Assembly (NCBI GenBank): GCA_004557245.1
Contig: SFEL01000004.1
Coordinates: 10,821 to 74,820, forward strand
Length of the DNA: 64,000 nucleotides
DNA from: Clostridiales bacterium
GTDB taxonomy: Bacteria > Bacillota > Clostridia > Christensenellales > CAG-138
Reading direction: 5' to 3'
Shown here: piece after piece, positions 1-7,833 of the stretch
Layout of the letters: every line of letters begins with the position of its first letter
Position numbering within the stretch: position 1 is the stretch's first letter
The notes under the pieces: generated by a model
What the model was told of the DNA's origin: nothing
The model's input: only the letters and a program-made list of their open reading frames with translations
The model's database searches: none
Program-made: the position numbers and the translations under genes

Positions 1-1
1 G

Positions 2-643
2 GAGGATTATTCCATAGACATAATAATAGGCAAGGGTCCATCCGCCCACTCTATACGTCTGGATCTTCCAAAGTTCACCCTCATAGGTGCAACGACGCGT
101 ATGGGCATGCTCACATCTCCCCTCAGGGACAGGTTCGGCATAAAGGAGCAGCTTGAGCTGTACAACCCGGAGGAGCTGAAGGAAATAATCGAGCGCAGCG
201 CGGATATACTCAACGTTAAGATAGATACAGAGGGGGCACTTGAGATAGCCTCGCGCTCCCGGGGAACACCGCGAATAGTTAACCGCCTGCTAAAAAGGGT
301 GCGTGATTACGCACAGGTGCGGGGCAATGGCGAGATAGATCTTGAGACAGCCCGGGCTGGCCTGGATATGCTGGCCATAGATGAGATGGGCCTTGACGCT
401 GTGGACAGGCGCATGCTCGCCACCATGATAGAAAAGTTCGGCGGCAGGCCTGTAGGCCTTGATACCATAGCCGCGGCAACAGGCGACGACGCCACCACCA
501 TCGAGGACGTGTACGAGCCATATCTTATACAGCTGGGCTTCATCGCGAGAACGCCGCGGGGCCGCATAGTGATGCCGCTGGGCTACCAGCATATGGGCTA
601 CGCGCCGCCGGCTGATATGGGCCAACAGAAGATGAATTTTTGA
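2..643 (+). CDS. ruvB: Holliday junction branch migration helicase RuvB, 5'-truncated by window edge
   Basis: Frame 2 is open from the window edge. Translation [47 protein letters not shown]...[17 protein letters not shown] matches the RuvB AAA+ sensor region and winged-helix C-terminus. Confidence 0.9.
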   Translation, partial: EDYSIDIIIGKGPSAHSIRLDLPKFTLIGATTRMGMLTSPLRDRFGIKEQLELYNPEELKEIIERSADILNVKIDTEGALEIASRSRGTPRIVNRLLKRVRDYAQVRGNGEIDLETARAGLDMLAIDEMGLDAVDRRMLATMIEKFGGRPVGLDTIAAATGDDATTIEDVYEPYLIQLGFIARTPRGRIVMPLGYQHMGYAPPADMGQQKMNF

Positions 644-680
644 ACCAGATTTTAAAATAATGTTTACGGAGGACTAAACG

Positions 681-1364
681 ATGTTCGGCAAGAAGGAGCT
701 TCAGAGGGAACTTGAACAGAAGGAGCAGCAGATACAGGAGCTGAACCGCAGGATCAAGGAATACCAGGACAAAAACGACGCGGTAGTAAGCGCCCTCACG
801 GACGCGAAGTCCGCCGCGAACCGCATAATTGGCGCAGCGGAAGCAAAGCGCGATGATATCATCGCCGCCGCCATGCGTGAAAAGGCCGGTATGGAGGCCC
901 AAAGGGACGGAATACTTGACGAAGCCCGGGCGCAGGCCGCAGCTATCGTTGCAGATGCCGAGAAGAGGGCAAAGGCCGCCGAGGAGCAGGCCAGGTACTT
1001 CCGGGATTATATCAGAAACACCGCAGATACGGTGCGCCGCCAAGCCGAAAACTACGCCGGCTTCCTTGAAAATTACGAGCATATCGGCATCGGCCAGCAG
1101 CCGGAGACGGAAAAGACAGATACTCCGGAAGAGTACCGGAACCCCGCGGAGCTCATAAAGAGCATATACAATATCGAGGGCCGGGAGCTTCCCGATGAGG
1201 TGACGAAGCCCGACGCGGGGCAGGAGCCTGAGGAGGAAAAGGTATGGACCGTGGACGAGGTCGTCAGCGAGGAAAAGCATGACGATGACGACGCTGACAA
1301 AGCAGATGGCGGCCTTGACAGCGAGCTCAACGACATACTGAACGATATATTAAAGCTGGATTGA
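681..1364 (+). CDS. hypothetical coiled-coil protein with acidic C-terminal tail
   Basis: 227-aa ORF with GGAGG-like RBS (acggaggac) upstream. N-terminal half is heptad-like and A/E/K/R-rich (ELEQKEQQIQELNRRIKEY, AEKRAKAAEEQAR). The tail is rich in D/E. No family recognised. Confidence 0.55.
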   Translation: MFGKKELQRELEQKEQQIQELNRRIKEYQDKNDAVVSALTDAKSAANRIIGAAEAKRDDIIAAAMREKAGMEAQRDGILDEARAQAAAIVADAEKRAKAAEEQARYFRDYIRNTADTVRRQAENYAGFLENYEHIGIGQQPETEKTDTPEEYRNPAELIKSIYNIEGRELPDEVTKPDAGQEPEEEKVWTVDEVVSEEKHDDDDADKADGGLDSELNDILNDILKLD

Positions 1365-1399
1365 TTGACATAACCCATAGGTGATGCTATAATCGATTA

Positions 1400-1628
1400 T
1401 GTTTACGAATAAGGATATTGCGGAAAGCCCGATGCTTCCGCAACTGCGAAAAGAGAGGCTGCCTCACCGGCTGAAAGGGCGGCTGCGCCGTTTTGCATCG
1501 GTACCCGTTCCGTATTCCGCAGGGAGGAAATGCCCTGCCGCAGGAGAGCGTTAAAGCCGGCCGAGAACCAATTAAGGTGGTACCGCGGACAAAAAACAGC
1601 CGCCCTTATATTCAGGGCGGCTTTTAAT
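1400..1628 (+). promoter_or_regulatory. T-box leader (tRNA-sensing riboswitch) controlling proS, with intrinsic terminator
   Basis: Canonical T-box sequence AAUUAAGGUGGUACCGCGG at about 1570-1588. AGAGAG box at 1451-1456. Terminator hairpin agccgccc/gggcggct plus T-run at 1597-1628, directly before the proS RBS. Sigma-A promoter upstream: TTGACA 1365-1370, 17 nt, TGcTATAAT 1385-1393. Confidence 0.8.
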
Positions 1629-1666
1629 TTGTAAATTAAATTTACTTAATAATACCGGAGGAAATT

Positions 1667-3112
1667 ATGGCAAAGAAAGAAAACCAGTTCGTTCAGGAGA
1701 TTACCCCCCGCGACGTGGATTTTGCGAAGTGGTATACCGATATCGTACTCAAAAACGATATGTGCGACTATACCGATGTTCGCGGCTGTATGGCCATTAA
1801 GCCTTACGGCTATGCCGTGTGGGAGCTCATGCAGAAGGAAATGGATCAGCGCTTCAAGGATACAGGTCATCAGAATGCATACTTCCCTCTGCTGATTCCC
1901 GAAAGTATGCTGATGAAAGAGGCGGAGCACGTTGAAGGCTTCGCGCCCGAGGTCGCATGGGTAACACAGGGCGGCAGCGAGGTGCTTCAGGAGCGCATGG
2001 CTATCCGACCCACCAGCGAGACTATAATCGGCACCATGTATTCCAAATGGATACAGTCCTATCGCGACCTGCCCGTGCTTTACAACCAGTGGTGCAACGT
2101 AATGCGTTGGGAAAAGAGCACCCGCCCCTTCCTCCGTACTTCCGAATTCCTCTGGCAGGAGGGCCATACCGCCCATGAAACTCATGAGGACGCACAGGAA
2201 GAAACTATCCGTATGCTCAACGTATACTATGATTTCATGGTAAACGTGCTGGCGATCCCCGTAGTACGCGGCCGCAAGAGCGAGAGCGAACGCTTCGCAG
2301 GCGCAGAGGCTACCTATACTCTGGAAGCGCTGATGCATGACGGAAAGGCGTTGCAGATGGGCACCTCCCATAACCTGTCGGATCACTTTGCCCGCAGCTA
2401 CGATATCAAGTACCTGAGCCGCGAGGGCAAGCAGGAATACTGCTATACCACCTCCTGGGGCACTTCTACCCGCATGATCGGCGGTATGATAATGGTTCAC
2501 GGCGATGACCGCGGCCTCAAGCTGCCTCCCAAAGTAGCCCCCATTCAGGTAGTCATACTGCCCATCGCCATGCACAAAGAGGGCGTTCTGGAGAAGGCGA
2601 CCGAGCTGTATAACGAGATCAAGGCATCGGGTCTCCGCGTAAAGCTGGACGACAGCGAGCAGAGTGCGGGCTGGAAGTTCAACCAGTGGGAGATGAAGGG
2701 CGTTCCCGCCCGTATCGAGATAGGCCCCAGGGATATCGAGAACGGCGTGGTAACCGTAGTGCGCCGCGATACCCTCGAGAAGTTCACTATGCCAATCGAA
2801 GGCATAGGAGAAAGCCTCGTAAAGCTCATGGCCGATATACATCAGAGCATGTATGATATAGCTCTCGAACATCGCAAGGCTCATACTACTCATGCTGAAA
2901 ACTTCGGCGACTTTATGGACGGTGTAAAGAAGGGCTTCGTAAAGGCCCCTTGGTGTGCTGATCCCGATTGCGAGATAGAAATAAAGTGCGTTACCGGCGC
3001 ATCTACCCGCTGCAAGCCCATGGATGAGGAAGTAAGCGTAAAGCCCGGCTGCAAGTGTGTATTCTGCAACCGCGAGGCAAAGACAATGATGTATTTCGCA
3101 AGGGCATATTAA
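1667..3112 (+). CDS. proS: proline--tRNA ligase (short archaeal/eukaryote-like class II type)
   Basis: 481 aa. N-terminus ITPRDVDFAKWYTDIVLKNDMCDYTDVRGCMAIKPYGYAVWE, then class II motifs and a C-terminal Zn-binding CxxC...CxxC region. RBS ggagga upstream. Preceded by a T-box. Confidence 0.95.
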   Translation: MAKKENQFVQEITPRDVDFAKWYTDIVLKNDMCDYTDVRGCMAIKPYGYAVWELMQKEMDQRFKDTGHQNAYFPLLIPESMLMKEAEHVEGFAPEVAWVTQGGSEVLQERMAIRPTSETIIGTMYSKWIQSYRDLPVLYNQWCNVMRWEKSTRPFLRTSEFLWQEGHTAHETHEDAQEETIRMLNVYYDFMVNVLAIPVVRGRKSESERFAGAEATYTLEALMHDGKALQMGTSHNLSDHFARSYDIKYLSREGKQEYCYTTSWGTSTRMIGGMIMVHGDDRGLKLPPKVAPIQVVILPIAMHKEGVLEKATELYNEIKASGLRVKLDDSEQSAGWKFNQWEMKGVPARIEIGPRDIENGVVTVVRRDTLEKFTMPIEGIGESLVKLMADIHQSMYDIALEHRKAHTTHAENFGDFMDGVKKGFVKAPWCADPDCEIEIKCVTGASTRCKPMDEEVSVKPGCKCVFCNREAKTMMYFARAY

Positions 3113-3133
3113 TTTAAAGCAAAATGCAGCAAG

Positions 3134-3172
3134 GCGCTGTTCAGGCGGTTTTACGCCTGAACAGCGCTTTTT
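3134..3172 (+). terminator. intrinsic terminator after proS
   Basis: Perfect 14-bp stem gcgctgttcaggcg/cgcctgaacagcgc with a 6-nt loop, followed by TTTTT. Confidence 0.75.
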
Positions 3173-3284
3173 AAACAAGGTTATGCAATGGCTTAAGCAG
3201 ATGAAATGCGGGATGGTATCATCAAGACTGGGCGGATAGCAGTGAGATACCACGTTAATATTTGATAAAAAAGGAAACAAAAAG

Positions 3285-3962
3285 ATGCAGGTAAAGATGG
3301 ATATAAATGAAGCTATGCGGGCGCGCCATTCTGTACGGGCATATGAGCAAAGGGGCCTTGACGGCGAGGCAAAGGATGTGCTGGAAGGAAGGATAGCAGA
3401 GCTGAACGCGCAAAGCGGGCTGCATATACAGCTAATCACCGGGGAACCGAAGGCTTTTGACGGCCTCATGGCGCACTATGGCAAGTTCTCCGGCGTGACT
3501 GATTATATCGCAATGATAGGGAAGAAAGGCGCTGACCTTGAAGAAAAATGCGGCTACTATGGAGAAAAGCTGGTGCTCCTTGCCCAGCAGCTCGGACTCA
3601 ATACCTGCTGGGTGGCCATGACATACAGAAGGATAAAGACGGCTTACAAGCTTGATGCCGGGGAAAAGCTCTGCATAGTCATAGCAATAGGCTACGGCAA
3701 AACTCAGGGCGTGCCACATAAAAGCAAAACGCCGTTGGAAGTAGCCGATATGAGCGGCGACGTGCCGGAGTGGTTTAAAAAAGGCGTTGAGGCGGCGCTG
3801 CTGGCGCCAACTGCGGTAAATCAGCAGAAATTCTATTTTGCCCTTGCAGATGGCAAGGTATCCGCAAAGGCGGGCAGGGGCTTTTATTCAAGAATAGACC
3901 TGGGCATAGCCAAGTGCCATTTTGAACTTGGCGCGGGGAAGGAAAACTTCAGCTGGGCATAA
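3285..3962 (+). CDS. nitroreductase family protein
   Basis: 225 aa. INEAMRARHSVRAY start is typical of the nitroreductase fold. The LNTCWV and AIGYG motifs are present. Confidence 0.8.
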   Translation: MQVKMDINEAMRARHSVRAYEQRGLDGEAKDVLEGRIAELNAQSGLHIQLITGEPKAFDGLMAHYGKFSGVTDYIAMIGKKGADLEEKCGYYGEKLVLLAQQLGLNTCWVAMTYRRIKTAYKLDAGEKLCIVIAIGYGKTQGVPHKSKTPLEVADMSGDVPEWFKKGVEAALLAPTAVNQQKFYFALADGKVSAKAGRGFYSRIDLGIAKCHFELGAGKENFSWA

Positions 3963-4158
3963 ATGCGCTTTGAAAATCCGACTCCTAAGGAGGGTTTCGG
4001 GTTTTTTATGCGCGATTTGGCTATTATTCACATTGGCGGGCTTTATTTAAAGGGAAGTTTGGAGTATAATACTGATAATGCCAAAGTGCGGCATGGGCAA
4101 AGGTACCTGCCGCATTTTGATATGTCTGATATTTTAAACATACTTGGAGGGACAAAAT

Positions 4159-5142
4159 ATGAATAATCCCAGCAGGGTAGCGTTTACTCTGTTCGGACGC
4201 GACGTATACTGGTACGGCGTGCTCATGGCCCTGGGCATACTGATAGGCGTATGGCTCACCCTCAGGGAGGGCAAGCGCAAAAAGCTCACCGAGGACGACA
4301 TACTGGATATGTGCCTGGTGATAATCCCATCAGGCGTGGTGGGCGCAAGGCTTTATTACGTGATTTTCGAGTGGGCAAGCTACGCTTCAAATCCCATACG
4401 CGCCCTGTATATATGGGAAGGAGGCCTGGCCATATATGGCGCGGTAATAGGCGGACTTATCGGCATGTTCATCTATTCCAGAGTCAAGAAGATACGCTTT
4501 CTGAAGCTTGCGGACTGCATAGCGCCCGGTCTGGTGCTGGCTCAGGCCATAGGCCGCTGGGGAAACTTTTTCAATCAGGAAGCCTTCGGCCTTCCAATAA
4601 ATAACGGCGAGCTTATGTGGTTCCCCTTTGCGGTGTATATAGAGGGCTACCATACCTTCAACGGGCAGCCCTGCTCCAATCCCTACCATATGGCCACATT
4701 TTTCTATGAGTCCGTATGGTGTCTTATAGTGTTTATAATACTGTGGAGCTGCCGCAGGAAATTTAAGCACGACGGCGATGCAATATTGTCATATGCCGCA
4801 CTGTACGGCCTTGAGCGGATGTTCGTGGAAAGGCTCAGGGGCGACAGCCTGTATATCATAAAGCCCGGTGGGGCAATAGCTGCCGGCATACGGGTATCGG
4901 AGATGCTGAGCTTCATACTCGTAGTCGCCATAGCCGCCTTTTTCCTCATAAGGCATTTTAAGGAAAAGAAGCTGGGCAGGCTGATATGGCCCGCACCGGA
5001 GGCTGAACCCGAGGAAGGAACCACAGCGGACGAAGCAGGCAATGCCGAGGACTGCGAAAAGGAAGAAACCTCTGAAGCCGCCGAAGAAAAGCCGGAACCT
5101 GAAGAAACGGATCAGGGAGACAGTACTGAGGACGGGCAGTAA
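4159..5142 (+). CDS. lgt: prolipoprotein diacylglyceryl transferase with acidic C-terminal extension
   Basis: Polytopic membrane protein carrying GGLAIYGAVIGG and the Lgt signature GRWGNFFNQEAFG. ATG at 4159 lies 7 nt after GGAGGG; the track start at 4144 is a TTG inside the RBS. The E/P-rich tail is about 50 aa. Confidence 0.9.
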   Translation: MNNPSRVAFTLFGRDVYWYGVLMALGILIGVWLTLREGKRKKLTEDDILDMCLVIIPSGVVGARLYYVIFEWASYASNPIRALYIWEGGLAIYGAVIGGLIGMFIYSRVKKIRFLKLADCIAPGLVLAQAIGRWGNFFNQEAFGLPINNGELMWFPFAVYIEGYHTFNGQPCSNPYHMATFFYESVWCLIVFIILWSCRRKFKHDGDAILSYAALYGLERMFVERLRGDSLYIIKPGGAIAAGIRVSEMLSFILVVAIAAFFLIRHFKEKKLGRLIWPAPEAEPEEGTTADEAGNAEDCEKEETSEAAEEKPEPEETDQGDSTEDGQ

Positions 5143-5170
5143 AGCCCAAAATACATTGGGGGATGGAAAA

Positions 5171-6622
5171 ATGCGAAACCTTACCATGATGACGGACCTT
5201 TACCAGCTTACCATGATGTACGGCTACTACAAATTCGGCATGACGAAAAACCAGGCTGTGTTCGATGTGTTTTTCAGGACAAATATGCCAAACAGCGGCT
5301 ATACCATCATGGCGGGCCTTGACACCGCCATAGATTACATAAAGAACATACACTTTGGCCCGGAAGATATAGAATACCTTCGCGGCCTGAAGCTCTTTGA
5401 CGAGGGCTTCCTGAAGGTGCTGAGCGAAATGCATTTTACCGGCGAGGTATATGCCATACCTGAAGGTACGCCCGTGTTTCCCTATGAGCCCCTCGTCCGG
5501 GTAAAGGCCCCTATCATGGAGGCACAGCTGGTGGAGACTACGCTGCTCAATATAATCAACCACCAGACCCTTATAGCCACCAAGGCCAGCCGCGTGGTTT
5601 ACGCCGCAGACGGAGGCGCGGTGCTGGAGTTCGGCCTTCGCCGTGCCCAGGGCCCAGACGCAGGTACATACGGCGCAAGGGCGGCTATAATAGGCGGCTG
5701 CAGCTCTACCAGCAACGTGCTTGCAGGCCAGCTTTACGATGTGGCGATCGCAGGCACTCACGCCCACAGCTGGGTAATGAGCTTCCCAACCGAGCTGGAT
5801 GCTTTCCGCGCATATGCCGATATATTCCCGGATTCCTGTATGCTGCTTGTTGACACCTACGATACTCTCAAGTCCGGCGTACCAAATGCCATAAAGGTAT
5901 TTGATGAGTTGAGGGCCAAAGGCCATAAGCCGGTCGGCATACGCCTCGACAGCGGTGACCTTGCCTATTTCTCCAAGGAGGCCCGCAGGATGCTGGATGC
6001 CGCAGGCTATCAGGATGCGCGCATATTTGCCTCCAGCGATCTTGACGAATACGTTATCCGCGAGTTGAAGGCACAGGGAGCCAGGATAGACGTATGGGGC
6101 GTGGGCACCAAGATGATAACCTCTTATGACTGGCCGGCGCTGGGCGGCGTGTATAAAATGTCCGCCGAGATAGTGGACGGCAAAATGACACCCAAGATAA
6201 AGATAAGCGAGAATCCAGCCAAGCTTACCAATCCCGGATATAAAAAGATATACCGCCTGTACGGCAAGCGGGACAATATGGCGCTTGCTGATATAATCGC
6301 CCTTGACGATGAAACCATAGACGATAGCAAGCCTATCAAGCTGTATAACCAGCATCATACCTATCAGACGAAGGTAATAAGGGACTTTTATGCGAGAGAA
6401 CTTCTGGTGCCGGTATTCGTGGACGGCAGGCAGGTATATGAGAGCCCCGATGCATGCTCAATAAGGGAATACAGCAAAAAGGAGCTGGCTGCATTCTGGG
6501 AGGAATACAGGCGCATACTCAATCCTCACACCTACAAGGTGGATATATCCGATAAGCTTTATAACCTAAAGATGGAGCTTATCCATGAGAACAGGGAAGA
6601 ATATGAGCAAGAGGATTGTTAA
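5171..6622 (+). CDS. pncB: nicotinate phosphoribosyltransferase
   Basis: MRNLTMMTDLYQLTMMYGYYKFGM N-terminus is typical of NAPRTase. The start at 5171 follows a gggga RBS. The upstream 43 codons of the track ORF overlap the lgt tail and are basic junk. Confidence 0.9.
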   Translation: MRNLTMMTDLYQLTMMYGYYKFGMTKNQAVFDVFFRTNMPNSGYTIMAGLDTAIDYIKNIHFGPEDIEYLRGLKLFDEGFLKVLSEMHFTGEVYAIPEGTPVFPYEPLVRVKAPIMEAQLVETTLLNIINHQTLIATKASRVVYAADGGAVLEFGLRRAQGPDAGTYGARAAIIGGCSSTSNVLAGQLYDVAIAGTHAHSWVMSFPTELDAFRAYADIFPDSCMLLVDTYDTLKSGVPNAIKVFDELRAKGHKPVGIRLDSGDLAYFSKEARRMLDAAGYQDARIFASSDLDEYVIRELKAQGARIDVWGVGTKMITSYDWPALGGVYKMSAEIVDGKMTPKIKISENPAKLTNPGYKKIYRLYGKRDNMALADIIALDDETIDDSKPIKLYNQHHTYQTKVIRDFYARELLVPVFVDGRQVYESPDACSIREYSKKELAAFWEEYRRILNPHTYKVDISDKLYNLKMELIHENREEYEQEDC

Positions 6623-7136
6623 GCTGCTTATAGCGGTCTCGGTATGCCTGCTGCTCACGGGCTGTGTGAACACGGGGGCGCATATCGTTCCTTCTGTAAC
6701 CATTCCGCCGGAGTCTACGCAGCCCCCCGAACCTACCCCAAGCCCTACGCCGGAGCCGGTGCAGGTGGAGGAAATGGCGGATCTCAGCAGCGCATACGAT
6801 AAAAACGGATTGCTGATAGTGGGCGAAGAGCACTTCCAGCAGTACATATCCTTCAAAAATATTCAGGTGTACGAGCAGTGCGGGGATACATTTATGGATG
6901 CCGTTGCAGTGAACGAGTACCCGGATACATTGGTATGCGCGCTGAACATACGTTTTTTTGACGAGGATGGCATAGAGATAGCCTCAGGCAGGGTGCAGAC
7001 CAGAGACGGCCAATACGTGCTTCGGCTGGAAAATGGCGACAATACTCTGTTTGCCCAGATAGATACAGACATGACACTTACTGATAAGGAGTTCCGGCTG
7101 GAGTACAGCGAAGATCTGAACGTGCTGCCGGAATAA
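6603..7136 (+). CDS. putative lipoprotein
   Basis: MSKRIVKLLIAVSVCLLLTGC is a signal peptide plus lipobox (LLTGC). It is followed by a Pro/Thr/Glu-rich linker. No family recognised. Confidence 0.7.
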   Translation: MSKRIVKLLIAVSVCLLLTGCVNTGAHIVPSVTIPPESTQPPEPTPSPTPEPVQVEEMADLSSAYDKNGLLIVGEEHFQQYISFKNIQVYEQCGDTFMDAVAVNEYPDTLVCALNIRFFDEDGIEIASGRVQTRDGQYVLRLENGDNTLFAQIDTDMTLTDKEFRLEYSEDLNVLPE

Positions 7137-7149
7137 CGGGAAGATACAG

Positions 7150-7425
7150 ATGGATTACAAAAAGAGCCACAGGATACTTTGGATATGCCTTATAGGGGCG
7201 TTGGCGCTTTCGATAATAAACTGCGTGTTAGCATATATAAACGAAAGTGCTGCCATAGTGGGAATAGCGGTAGCGGTGATAGTGGCAGCTGCCGGCATAA
7301 TACAGGCTATAAGGTTTTTCCGCTGCCCGTATTGCGGGTGCAACCTGTACCTATGGGGCCAGGGGAGAATGCCTGAATACTGCCCGGACTGCGGAGAACG
7401 GCTGGTATTACGCAAAAAGACTTAA
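7150..7425 (+). CDS. small membrane protein with C-terminal zinc ribbon
   Basis: 91 aa with two predicted TM helices, then CPYCGC...CPDCG (CxxC-x17-CxxC). Confidence 0.55.
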   Translation: MDYKKSHRILWICLIGALALSIINCVLAYINESAAIVGIAVAVIVAAAGIIQAIRFFRCPYCGCNLYLWGQGRMPEYCPDCGERLVLRKKT

Positions 7426-7497
7426 ATGGGCTGAATAAAGCAGATGCCGTTCGGGATTGATTTTTATGTATATTGCCGGGCATATATATAAATTTCA

Positions 7498-7526
7498 TTG
7501 ACTTTGAAAATATCATTTGATATAGT
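7498..7526 (+). promoter_or_regulatory. candidate sigma-A promoter of the SCIFF locus
   Basis: TTGACT (7498-7503), 17-nt spacer, TATAGT (7521-7526). This gives a 5' UTR of about 85 nt before the SCIFF ATG. Confidence 0.45.
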
Positions 7527-7614
7527 ATTTTAAGTAATAGTGGACGAATGCGTTTGCTTTGGCGGAAACGCCCGAACATATATTAATCAAACCTGACAGA
7601 ATGGAGATAAAACC

Positions 7615-7761
7615 ATGGAAAGAATCAAGACCATCGAGACCCGCAACCTCTGTGAGAGCGCAAGGAACGGCGGCTGCGGCGAATGCCAGACCTCCTGCCA
7701 GTCTGCCTGTAAGACCAGCTGCGGCGTGGCCAACCAGAAGTGCGAGAATAAGAATAACTAA
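7615..7761 (+). CDS. SCIFF (six-cysteines-in-forty-five) ranthipeptide precursor peptide
   Basis: Hand translation gives MERIKTIETRNLCESARNGGCGECQTSCQSACKTSCGVANQKCENKNN. The core GGCGECQTSCQSACKTSC...C is the SCIFF family signature. GGAG RBS sits 8 nt upstream. It lies immediately 5' of the cognate maturase and is absent from the ORF track because it is under 60 aa. Confidence 0.88.
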   Translation: MERIKTIETRNLCESARNGGCGECQTSCQSACKTSCGVANQKCENKNN

Positions 7762-7776
7762 ACTTGGCAATAAAAG

Positions 7777-7805
7777 TTGCCGCCTGTTTCCAGGCGGCAG
7801 TTTTT
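7777..7805 (+). terminator. hairpin plus T-run between SCIFF precursor and maturase (partial terminator or attenuator)
   Basis: Stem ttgccgcctg/caggcggcag with loop tttc, followed by TTTTT. It sits 16 nt after the precursor stop and 29 nt before the maturase ATG. Confidence 0.65.
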
Positions 7806-7833
7806 ATGTTACAGCCTAATAGGAGAGGCAATA

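Noticed and set aside
1646-3469. 607-aa minus-strand ORF
   Set aside because: It is antisense to proS and to the nitroreductase gene start. It has no motifs and the sense strand has clear ProRS homology.
3963-4166. 67-aa ORF between the nitroreductase gene and lgt
   Set aside because: It has no RBS and starts directly at the upstream stop codon. The span contains a terminator-like hairpin plus T-run, a TATAAT box and the lgt RBS. It is better explained as intergenic regulatory DNA.
5042-5170. N-terminal extensions of several track ORFs (5042, 8916, 34701, 41614, 25633-26925, 27343, 32287, 32768)
   Set aside because: The extensions overlap the preceding gene or intergenic hairpins and encode basic or low-complexity sequence. 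They also precede an internal ATG that has a good RBS and the conserved family N-terminus, so the shorter starts were used.
4958-6358. 466-aa minus-strand ORF
   Set aside because: It is antisense to pncB and is a shadow ORF.
7559-7819. 86-aa plus-strand ORF from the track, covering the SCIFF region
   Set aside because: It is in a different frame from the SCIFF peptide and reads through the inter-gene hairpin. It is Pro/Ala/Arg-rich junk. The alternative frame gives a textbook SCIFF core with a proper RBS.
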